DNA of 64,000 bases from Octopus sinensis (lineage: Eukaryota), in assembly GCF_006345805.1 (NCBI RefSeq), contig NC_043018.1:8742001-8806000 (forward strand), read 5' to 3'. The position numbers and the translations under genes are program-made. The notes beneath the pieces were generated by a model. It was not told the origin of the DNA. It saw only the letters and a program-made list of their open reading frames with translations, and did no database searches. Positions 12,504 through 22,949 of the stretch are shown here, piece by piece; within the stretch, counting starts at the first letter, position 1, and every line of letters starts with the position of its first letter.

Positions 12504-12892
12504 ACACACACACACACAACACACACACACACACACACACACACATATTTTTAGTGAAATCCAACACCTTTTTTTTTAGGGGGGGGGGGGGTAACGCGCA
12601 TGCGCGAATTCTGTACTGCGCATGCGCAAGTCACCTCGTAGGATCTCGAGTATCGAGTACCTGCGTCTGGCGCGCGCGCGCGCGCGAATTCGCGTGTGCG
12701 AAACCGGGACCACGACAATAGACAAGTACCGTAACATAATTTCTAGGTAACTAAAAAGTTTTAAACTTCGTATGCTGGTAGAACACTGACCCTGGTCCAC
12801 ATGACAGAGAACAGAGACCAGTGGTGATAGCATCTGGAGTGAGACCCCAATGACTGACTGAATCAGTTAAGGGACCTTGATGATGATGATAT

Positions 12893-13316
12893 TTACTCTT
12901 TTCTTTTACTCTTTTACTTGTTTCAGTCATTTGACTGCGGCCATGCTGGAGCACCGCCTTTAGTCGAGCAACTCGACTCCGGGACTTATTCTTTTTGTAA
13001 GCCCAGTACTTATTCTATCGGTCTCTTTTTGCCGAACCGCTAAGTAACGGGGACGTAAACACACCAGCATCGGTTGTCAAGCAATGCTAGGGGAACAAAC
13101 ACAGACACACATACACACACACACATTCATATATATATATATATACATATATACGACAGGCTTCTTTCAGTTTCCGTCTACCAAATCCACTCACAAGGCA
13201 TTGGTCGGCCCGAGGCTATAGCAGAAGACACTTGCCCAAGGTGCCACGCAGTGGGACTGAACCCGGAACCATGTGGTTGGTAAACAAGCTACTTACCACA
13301 CAGCCACTCCTGCGCC
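12893..13316 (-). mobile_element. SINE family A (full length)
   Basis: Reverse complement of the family A consensus, head to tail. Confidence 0.85.
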
Positions 13317-13536
13317 TATGTATATGTATATGTATATACAAATGTATGCATGCTTGTATGTACATGTATGTCATTATTCAGTTTTATTTCCAGATTTCTT
13401 GCTAAAAGAGAAAGAGCCAGGTTTTTTTAACGTAGATCCAAGGCTCCTTCATTGGAATTTCAACAACATGAACAGGGTATTTTAATGTGTGTGTGTGTGT
13501 GTGTGTTGTGTGTGTGTGTGTGTGTGTTTGTGTGTA

Positions 13537-13815
13537 AAGGTGCATGGCTGAGTGGCTGGGGTGTTGTTTTCACAATTGGTAGGTCAAGTGTTTGATTCTT
13601 GTATTCTTGAACAAAACACTTCATTCCATGTTGCCCCAGTCCACTCAGCTGTAAATGGATCACTCCCTGCAATGGAATGGCCTTCTGATCACGAGTAATG
13701 TCGGCTTACTTGCCCAACCAGTGGAGTGACATCATTTGAAGGCTAAAACAATGTGAAGTGCATTGTGACCAGTGATGTATAACAACATCTGATAGTCTGG
13801 TCAATAGTGTGATAT
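13537..13815 (+). mobile_element. tRNA-headed SINE family C (head H2, tail T2)
   Basis: Head related to 15391 and 61013; tail GAAGGCTAAAACAATG...CATTGTGACCAG shared with 53635-53946. Confidence 0.65.
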
Positions 13816-14133
13816 TATGGTATAACAAATCACAAGTTCCTCCAGGTAGATTGCCCTGCTCAATATGTAGAAAAGGTGTACTCCATAAGGTGTACCAGGT
13901 GCAAACTATGGACACATAAGAGGTGCAGCAATATCAGAGGAAGGTTAACAGGGAAAATAGTCTTTGTGTGTAGTAGATGCACGGGTACAGTAAACACTAG
14001 AAATATACAGAAAATAGACTCCATCAAATGTTAGGCAGGGATACCTAGAAGTACAGTTCTATATTTAAGAGATGAGGAATTATGTACATTATTTACAATT
14101 GACGGATGTTTTGTCCTCATCTTGTTTGTTGTT

Positions 14134-14180
14134 AACACAACGTTTCAGTTGATATACCCTCCAGCCTTCATCAGGTGTCT
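14134..14180 (-). ncRNA. Minimal type I hammerhead ribozyme motif (C3-G8), stem II partly decayed
   Basis: AGACAC-CUGAUGA-A-GGCUG(GAGGGUAUAU)CAACU-GAA-ACGU-U/GUGUU; stem I GACAC:GUGUU; palindromic helix III. Confidence 0.65.
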
Positions 14181-14244
14181 TGGGGAAATTTCAAACCTGG
14201 GTTCTCATTCCTAAGGTATTTTTCGATGTTATTATTATGCCCAC

Positions 14245-14320
14245 AGGCATATGGCATAGTGGTTAAGAGCATGGGCTACTAAGCCCAAGATTCCGAGTTC
14301 GATTCCAGGCAGTGATCTGA
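14245..14320 (+). promoter_or_regulatory. tRNA-derived Pol III internal promoter (SINE-like head)
   Basis: A box TGGCATAGTGG (14252-14262), anticodon-like arm TGGGC-TACTAA-GCCCA, B box GAGTTCGATTCC (14295-14306); acceptor stem does not close, so not a functional tRNA. Confidence 0.75.
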
Positions 14321-14424
14321 ATAATAATAATAACAACAGCAGCAACAACAACCACAGCAACAACAACAATAACAACAACCTTAGAATACCTTAGAAATGA
14401 GAACCCAGGTTCGAAATTTCTCCC

Positions 14425-14472
14425 AGATACTTGATGAAAGCTGGAGGGTACATCAGCCGAAACGTTGTGTTA
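14425..14472 (+). ncRNA. Minimal type I hammerhead motif (second copy; C3 changed to U)
   Basis: GAUAC-UUGAUGA-A-AGCUG(GAGGGUACAU)CAGCC-GAA-ACGU-U/GUGUU; the consensus of both arms is an intact core with GGCUG:CAGCC stem II. Confidence 0.65.
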
Positions 14473-15390
14473 ACAACAAACAAGATGAGGACAAATATCC
14501 ATCGAATGTAAATAATGTAAGTAATGTACCTAGAAGTAGTTGATAGCTTCCATTATCTGGGTGACCAAGTCATCAGTGGAGGTGGATGCTTCTAGAGCAT
14601 AGCTGCTAGAATAAGAATAGGCTGAGCAAAGTTCAGAAAAAATTCTACCTTTGTTGACAACAAAAGGTCTCTCCCTTAGAATGAAAGGCAAGTTATATGA
14701 TTCCTGTGTGTGAACAGCCATGCTATATGGCAGTGAAACATGGGCTGTGAGTGCTGAGGACATGCATTGGCTTGAACAAAATGAATCTAGTGTGTTCCAC
14801 TGGATGTGCAATGTCAGTGTGTGTAGACGACTGAGTGTTAGTGTCTTGAGAGAAAAAACTGGGCATAAGAGGCATCATATGTGGTGTGTCTGCACTGGTT
14901 TGGTCATGTGATGCATATGGATGAGGAGAACTGCATAAAGAAGTGTCAACCTCTAACTGGAGGAAGTAGCCCCAGGAAGAGATGAGATGAGGTGGTGAAG
15001 TATGATTTTGAATATGGGGTCTCATGGAGGAGATGACAAGTGACTGAGACCTTTGGTGATTTGCTTGAGAAGACATGTCAAACTAAATGGAATTGTAGTT
15101 GTGGCTGGTGTCAGTGGCACATAAAAGGTACCTGTGTTGGTGACATGTAAAAGCACCCCTGTGCTAGGGACAAGTAAAAGGCACTCACTACACTCTTGTA
15201 GTGATTGGTGCTAGGAAGGGCATTGATTGGAACCTGGTGCAGCTCTCTGGTTTACCAGTTCCAGTCAAGCCATCTAACCCATGCCAGCATGGAAAGCAGA
15301 CGTTAAATGATGATGTAATGTAGGCACACACACACACACACGTGCACGCATGTGTGTGCATTTATATGTCTATGTATGTATATGTGTAAT

Positions 15391-15645
15391 GGAGGTGCGT
15401 GGCTTAGTGGTTAGGGTGTCAGCATCATGATCGTAAGATTGTGGTTTTGATTCCTGGACTGGGCAATGCATTGTGTTCTTGAGCAAAACACTTCATTTCA
15501 TGTTGCTCCAGTCCACTCAGCTGGCAAAAATGAGAAACGCTGCGATGGACTGGTGTCCCGTCCAGCTGGGGAACACATACGCCATGGAAACCGGGAAACC
15601 AGGCCCATGAGCCTGGGTAGGCTTTAAAAAGGGCGCAAAAAAAAT
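15391..15645 (+). mobile_element. SINE family C (head H2, tail T3)
   Basis: TGGCTTAGTGG / GGTTTTGATTCC boxes; tail CTGCGATGGACTGG.GTCCC.TCCAG shared with 62060-62365. Confidence 0.75.
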
Positions 15646-16324
15646 GAATATGTGTATATGTCTATGTATGTGCGTGTGTATGAGTAAGTAACTGAGCACT
15701 GTAGGGTGGTAAAAATATAATTTATACCGAGAAATTAATCAACACAACAACAACAACAGCAGCAACAAACAACAACAACAAGAACTGTATATTAATGAAG
15801 CAGTTAAGCATAATAAGTCTGACGTATGACATAAATTTCTTGCTCAAGGTCATGATCAGAAAATAGAGAGAAATGGTTGCTATCGGGTTTCAAGACAAGA
15901 TCTCAAATGGAGCTTTACCATTTTTTCATGTGATGGCACCAACCACAAATGCTTCTGGAATTTTGCAGAATATTCTATCCTTTGGGGATTTTTGTATTGC
16001 CATATCAAACCATTCCTCTGGTGTCTTCCCACCTCGTTAGATTAACAGGTGAGAAGATGGAATCGGAATATAAGGAATTGTGGAATGTGATGTATGTATA
16101 CATGTGTGTGTGTGTGTGTGTGTAACTTCCTTTTTGTATGTGGGTATGTATGTATATATGATATATGTGTGTGTGTGTATATATATATATATACAACACA
16201 CACATATACACATGTATATATGTAATATATGTATGCATGAATGTATGTAAAAGGATACTTTTAAATGATATATACATATACATGCATGTGTGTATGTAAG
16301 CGTGTATGTATGTGTGTGTGTATA

Positions 16325-16359
<35 letters not shown>

Positions 16360-17520
16360 GTGCGTATGTATATGTACGCACATATATATATAGAGAGAGA
16401 GAGAAAGAAAGAGATTCATAGAAAGATATTTGTGAGTGTGTGTGTGTATATATAATGTCTTTGAATATGTATTTATATCTGTGTGTCTGTATGTGTGCAT
16501 CATATGAGGAGTGGGGTGTAAACTCCAAGGCCTAAAAAAGAAAAAAGAAAAAGAAAAACAAAATAACTAAAAGTAAAAACAAAACGAAAAGAAAAACAAA
16601 CACAGTAAGCAAAAAACAAGACAAAAACAAAAAAACAAGACAAAAACAAAAAACAAACAAAAAACAACAAAATGAATACAAACAAAAAGGCAAGAAGTGT
16701 AATCTAAAGAAGTAATTGGGTGTAAGAAGTACTTTTAAGAGTCTCTCTCTCTCTCCGGTCTCTTTCTGTTGATGTGGTGCTTAATTTACAGGTATTTCTC
16801 CATCATAGATGACACAGTCAGTTAATAATAACAATAATAATAACAACAACAATAATAATAATAACAATAATAATAATAATAATAATTATAATAATAATAG
16901 AATTAACTAGAGTAGAGTAGTAAATATAGCAATCTAGCACTAGTTCGCTAAACACTATCCAGGGATTAACTCCTGTTGCTGAAAGTACATTAGTCATTTC
17001 TCTTACTCCTAGTTCTTTTACTCAAAATGACTAAACGTTACTTACAACCAATCTTTCACTACCAATAAACTACTATTTCGTTTTTTTTTCTTTATTTTTT
17101 CTTTGTTTTTGTTATTGTGTTTGATTTTTTTCTATTCCTTTTTTGTTTTGCTTTTTGTCTTTATAGAAAATACTTACTGGAAGAAATTCTTTTTTTTTTT
17201 TTTTTTTCTTAGGTGAAGGCATGACTGGTATGGTTAAGAAACTCACTTTGCAATCACATGACTTTTGGGTTCACTCCCACCGTGCAGAAACGTTTGTGTG
17301 TGTGTGTGTGTGTGCATATATATGTGTTTGTGTGAATATAATAATAATAATGATGAAATTATTGTATACAGTGCTCAGGTGCACCACAATTAAACATAAA
17401 CACAGGTGAAATACCGTTAAGCATTTTACCTGACACACTAACATTTCTGCCAGCTCGTCTGTCTGTTTGTATGTGTGTGTGTTGCGTGTGCATGTGTATT
17501 TGTGTACAATATGCATATTT

Positions 17521-17890
17521 CTTTTACTGGTTTCAGTCATTTGACTGCGGCCATGCTGGAGCACCGCCTTTAATCGAGCAACTCGACCCCGGGACTTATT
17601 CTTTTGTAAGCCCAGTACTTATTCTATCGGTGTCTTTTGCCGAACCGCTAAGTGACGGGGACATAAACACACTAGCATCAGTTGTCAAGCAATGCTAGGG
17701 GGACAAACACAGACACACAAACATACACGCACACATATATGTACATATATACGATAGGCTTCTTTCAGTTTCCGTCTACCAAATCCACTCACAAGGCATT
17801 GGTCGGCCCGAGGCTATAGCAGAAGACACTTGCCCAAGATACCACGCAGTGGGACTGAACCCGGAACCATGTGGTTGGTTAGCAAACTAC
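17521..17890 (-). mobile_element. SINE family A (5' truncated)
   Basis: Reverse complement of family A. Confidence 0.8.
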
Positions 17891-18429
17891 GCACATATAT
17901 CAGTAAAATAACAAAATAGGAGGAACCCCCCCCCATTCCCTGGCATAAAGCTGCCCCCCTCCCATTTCCTTCAGGTTTCGTAGCCCTGAAAACTGCATGA
18001 TGATCCAATAGTGCCGGTGGCATGAAAAAAAAGCACCCACTCCACACTGTAAAGGGATTAACATTAGGAAGGGCATCCAACAGTAAAACCCATGCCAAAA
18101 CAGACAAGTGGAGTATGATGCAGTCCCTGGACACATCAGATCCGGTCAAACTGTATGGCCCCCAGCTTGGAACATAGACATTACATGATAATAATGTATT
18201 TCTTTATTACCCACAAGGGGCTTAACATAATGGGGACAAACAAGGACAGACAAACAGATTAAGACGATTACATCGACCCCAGTGCATAACTGGTACTTAA
18301 TTTATCGACCCCGAAAGGATGAAAGGCAAAGTCGACCTCGCTACATGATAATAATGATGATGATGGTGATGATGATGACAATGGCTTCTAAATATATGGA
18401 AAAGAAAGTTGAGTAACCATTGTGTAATT

Positions 18430-19025
18430 CAGGTTCAAAGGCCCATCATCAGGAGTGTATGCTTTAGAGAAAAACTGGGGTATACGAGGAATCAGATATA
18501 GTGTGCAAAAGAGGGAACTGTGCTGGTATGGTCATGTAATGCATATGAATGAAGACAGTTGCATCAAGGTGTGCCGATCTCTGATTGTGGAGGAAAATGT
18601 GAAGGGACAGATCCAGGAAGACATGGGACAAAGTGGTGAGAAAGGATCTTCAGATGCTGGACCTCACAGAGAGGATGACAGGGGACCAAGACTGCGAGCA
18701 GTTTGCTGTGCTTCAGAAAACATGCCAAGCTAAGTAAAATCGTGGTTGTCCTTGCAAACGAGCATGTCCCCTGCATCACGTTCTGACTGAGCATTCCTAA
18801 TCTTATGGGCTCATAGGTGTTGGTGCCACATAAGAAACACCTGTACTGATGCCAGGTAAATGCTCTCATGTCAGTGTTGTGTAAAAGCACCCAATACACT
18901 CTGTAAAGTGGTTGGCATTAAGAAGGGCATCCAGACATGGAGCCTGGACAGCTCTTCGGCTGGCCAGCTCCAATCAAACCACCCACCCCATGTCAGCATG
19001 GAGAACTGACATTAAATGGTGATGA
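18430..19025 (+). mobile_element. RTE LINE 3' end with 3' UTR
   Basis: LREKLGIRGIRYSVQKRELCWYGHVMHMNEDSCIK matches 24290-24420; runs into a family D tail. Confidence 0.8.
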
Positions 19026-19254
19026 TATATATGTGTATGTATGATGATATAGATGTGTGTATGTATATATGTGTGCTGAAATTATCCCCACTTCAAGAAA
19101 AGGAAGAAAAATTGTGTGCTAGCAATTGGGATCAATTCCAAATGAAAAGGCCAGGGAAGGAGGTGGGGATGGCGATGTCAAAAACCAAGGATTCACCAGA
19201 ACTGACATGCCATTGAGTAAAACACATTTGATTGTCAAGAGTTGAGAGGACAAC

Positions 19255-19620
19255 ATCATCATCATCATCATCGTTTAACGTCCACATTCCATGCTAGCAT
19301 GGGTTGGATGGTTTGACTGGGGTCTGGGAAGCTGCACCAGGCCCAGTCTGATCTGGCAGTGTTTCTACAGCTGGATGCCCTTCCTAACGCCAACCACTCC
19401 ATGAGTGTAGTGGGTGCTTTTTACGTGCCAGGGGAGGCTGGCAACGGCCCACGATCGGTTGGTGCTTTTTACATGCCACCGGCGTGGAGGCCAGTCGGGG
19501 TCGCGCTAGCAACAGTCACATTCAGATGGTTCTTTTATGTGCCACTGACACTGGTATCACAACTACAATTTCCATTAATTTTATTGGAGTTAGCTCCCTT
19601 GGTTCTCTTTTTCATCTTAC
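19255..19620 (-). mobile_element. Family D (RTE-tail) repeat
   Basis: (CAT)n-CGTTTAACGTCC start and CTGGATGCCCTTCCTAACGCCAACC core. Confidence 0.8.
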
Positions 19621-20079
19621 AACATTAAATATCTCAGGAGGGAATTTTTGTCTTCTTACATTGCAAGGATAAGAAATATAATGGGGTCTTTTCAGCTCAC
19701 TATATTACTGACATAAGATCCCTGTTATATTAATATTTAGTATGTAGGAATGCTCCGTGAGAATACTTCTTTTCCTCAGCCATATTGTGGAAGACTGCTA
19801 GTTCACATGTCATCTACATGACACCTCTCTTACTCCTACTCAATTGCACTTCTTCTTCTTTCTCTACTCTGCTACTTCCACCTGGGGGTGGGAGTGGAGG
19901 GATCTCCTAACAATAACATAGGGTGTGGGGTGATGATGTGAGGGTGGTGTGTTGTGAGTGGGTGGGTGGCTGGCTGTGAGGAATCAAGGTCAAACTATAA
20001 CACACAAGAAGAGCTGAGTAAGCTTGTAAACACACACACACACTCTTATGTATATACATGAGTGTGTGTGTGAATACAG

Positions 20080-20113
<34 letters not shown>

Positions 20114-20199
20114 ATACACTCATATGCTCAGACAAACATGTACCCATGGACACACACACACACACACATAATATATATATACATATATAAAATTAATGA

Positions 20200-20960
20200 A
20201 GTGTGGAGGAAAGAAGGGAAAAAGGTGAAAAGAAAGAACTATTAAAGGGAGGAGGGGCGATGAGAGGAGGAGAGGGAGAGAGTGATGTGAAATAAAACAC
20301 AGGTAGAAATAAAGGAATAAATAAAGAATAAAAGAAAGAAAAAGATAGAAAGAGAGAAAGAAAGAAGAAGGAAGGGAGGAAAGCAACAAATGCAGATAGA
20401 AAGTGCTACAGAGATAGAAAGGGTAGAGGGAAGAGAGGAAAAGAAAAGAAGGTAAGAAAGAAAGGAATGAAGAAAGGGTATTAAAAGAAAATGACATAAA
20501 GAGAGAAGAGAATAGAAAGAAAGAGAGAAGGGAAGAAAACTAATATAGAAGAGAGGAAAAGAAAGAAAGATATATGAATAAATAGAGAAATAGATAAACA
20601 GAGATGGGTAGAGAGAGACAGAAAGAAAGTTAGATACATACTTACACACACACACACACACACACATACATACACACATACATACATACATACATACATA
20701 CATACATACATACATACGTACACACATACATACATACAAACATACACACATACATACATACACACACATACATACATACATACACACAAACATACACACA
20801 TACATACATATACATACACACACATACATACATACATACACACACATACACACATACATACACACACATACATACACACATACACACAAACATACATACA
20901 TACACACATACATACATAAATACTTACATACATACATACATACACACATAGGCAGTAGAT
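20200..20960. repeat. Purine-rich (A/G) tract followed by a compound (ACAT)/(AC) microsatellite
   Basis: Visible low-complexity composition. Confidence 0.85.
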
Positions 20961-21290
20961 AGCTAGATAGAGAAGAAAGGGGGAAGATCTTAGACATGTC
21001 TTAAATTCTTGACTATTGATATCATTATTGCCAGATTAGACCTGATTGAGGTAAACCTATGATCAAAGACATTCCAACCATAACCATCTCATCTTATTTT
21101 CCTATGAGCAACACATCCACTGAATTCTCATTGAAGATGATAGGGTATAGGATAACGAGGGTGATTTGGTTACTATTTTTGGCACTAGAAACTGTCATGC
21201 TGGTTCAATTTCCAATTTGGGGGTACAAGACTTCAAATATGTAAAATAGTTGCATGTGATTTAATGGCATTAATGCCTTTTTCAAGGACA

Positions 21291-21654
21291 TCTCTCTATA
21301 TATATAAACGGCAAAATGTCTGCGTGTGTCCTTTATAGAAATCCACAATTTTTCAGTTAGAGAGCTCGCATTTTCTATGGTCATTCAAAACTGTCCAAGG
21401 GTGGTCGTGCACATCTTTAAATTTCCCCAGTCACCCTTCAAAGTCATTAAAAAATCAGTAGAAGTGACTTCTTTGTGAATTTTCTATCCAAAACCCAATC
21501 AAAATGCCCGAAACCTGATACGCCAATTGAATGCCAGCTAGCTGTATGTGATTGGTCGGAGATTTGGACAGAACTCGCGTGTATGTGCGCATGCACGCAG
21601 CTGTATATGCATGCACTAGCTCTATGACCCGGCAACATCGGGTCATAGTGCTAG
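21291..21654 (+). mobile_element. Non-autonomous Helitron (~364 bp)
   Basis: A|TC 5' end, CTAG|T 3' end, no TSD, 3' hairpin ACTAGCTCTATGACCCG-7nt-CGGGTCATAGTGCTAGT; second copy at 55010-55371. Confidence 0.8.
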
Positions 21655-21871
21655 TTAATGATAAGACGGAATTGAAATGTCTACATACAGGGCACAGCTT
21701 TGCTCTGTTGGAAACAAGGGAAGACAAAGATCTAATTGGCTATAGAATATCTCATTGTTTTTCTGTTCTTTTTAGAAGTGTTTTTGATGCTAATCTCTCC
21801 AAGACTGATCTTGGTTCCTATGATACAAAGTTCCTTATCTTAAGTCATCTAATTTAAACCATCAAAGTTGT

Positions 21872-22090
21872 ATACTCTTTTACTCTTTTACTTGTTTCAG
21901 TCATTTGACTGCGGCCATGTTGGCGCACCACCTTTTAGTCGAGCAAATCAATGCCAGGACTTATACTTTGTAAGCCTAGTACTTATTCTATCGGTCTCTT
22001 TTGCCAAACCACTAAGTTACGGGGACGTAAATACACCAGCATCGGTTGTCAAACGATGTTGGGGGGACAAACATTGACACACAAACATAT

Positions 22091-22121
<31 letters not shown>

Positions 22122-22305
22122 CACATACATATATACATATATATGACGGGCTTCTTTCAGTTTCCGTCTACCAAATCCACTCACAAGGCTTTGGTCGGGC
22201 CAAGGCTATTGTAGAAGACACTTGCCCAGGTGCCACACAGTGGGACTGAACCCAGAACCATGTGGTTGGTAAGCAAGCTACTTACCACACAGCCAATCCT
22301 GTGCC
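21872..22305 (-). mobile_element. SINE family A (full length)
   Basis: Reverse complement of family A. Confidence 0.85.
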
Positions 22306-22585
22306 TATATTAATTTATGTTTGAAACAGCAGTTTAATATTGACAAACTTATCTTAGTATATACTTCATTATTTTCAAAATTAAATTCAAGCAAAACCAG
22401 TGCATTTCAACAGAAATATGGTAACAAAAGGGTTAAAGTGATCTAAATTTCTTCTGATTCTACAGTCTGAGTTCAAATCCTTTCTTGGAGTTTATAAAGT
22501 AAAGTACTCGTCAAATACTTAGGTTCATGATATCAATTAATTGCACCCCCTTAAAACTACTGACCCTGTGCCTAAATCACAAATT

Positions 22586-22622
<37 letters not shown>

Positions 22623-22664
22623 CCACCACCACCATCACCATCATCATCATCATTATTATTATTT

Positions 22665-22880
22665 AGGCGGCAAGCTGGCAGAATTTTTAGCATGCTGGAT
22701 GAAATGCATAATGGTATTTTGCCTGTTGCTGCATTCTGAGTTCAAATTCTGCCGAGGTCAACTTTACCTTTCATCTTTTCGGGGTCGATAAATTAAGTAC
22801 CAGCTGAGTACTAGGGTCGATGTAATCGTCTATCCTCCTACCCCACATTTCAGGCCTTGTGCCTATGATAGAAAGGAGCC
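22665..22880 (+). mobile_element. SINE family B
   Basis: AGGCGGCAAGCTGGCAGAA head, GAGTTCAAATTC B-box-like motif, CCTTTCATCTTTTCGGGGTCGATAAATTAAGTACCAG core. Confidence 0.8.
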
Positions 22881-22949
22881 ATAATGAAAGACTACTGAAT
22901 GTGGAGAATAAATGGGAGGAGAATTGTGGGACCAGCTCCCTGAATTGAC

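Larger units (their letters stand above)
9793..12730. mobile_element. Foldback / Mutator-like non-autonomous element (~1.3-kb inverted arms, 291-bp spacer)
   Basis: Arms 9793-11093 and 11385-12730 are near-identical inverted copies (mirror-identical ORFs in the track); termini GGTAC/GTACC; 9-bp TSD GTAACATAA (9784-9792, 12731-12739); no transposase in the spacer. Confidence 0.9.
9757..12783. mobile_element. GGATC-family element fragment split by the foldback insertion
   Basis: 9757-9792 plus 12740-12783 rejoin to match the uninterrupted paralog at 9127-9207. Confidence 0.8.
14054..14526 (+). mobile_element. Small retroelement: inverted arm, tRNA-like head, (AAT/AAC)n, hammerhead-containing arm
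   Basis: 12-bp TSD TACCTAGAAGTA (14042-14053, 14527-14538) in the RTE ORF; arms 14085-14220 and 14385-14519 are about 90% identical inverted copies by eye. Confidence 0.85.
13830..15315 (+). mobile_element. RTE-clade LINE 3' fragment, interrupted at 14054-14526
   Basis: Homologous to 23780-24570 (LEVVDSF.YLGDQV, LYGSETWA); ends in the family D (GAT)n tail. Confidence 0.85.

Noticed and set aside
14245-14320. tRNA gene; also the tRNA-like heads of SINE families A and C
   Set aside because: A and B boxes are present but there is no closed acceptor stem or proper 3' end; these are SINE heads
16530-17210. A-rich and T-rich tracts that look like an inverted repeat
   Set aside because: Complementarity comes only from low complexity; no specific alignment
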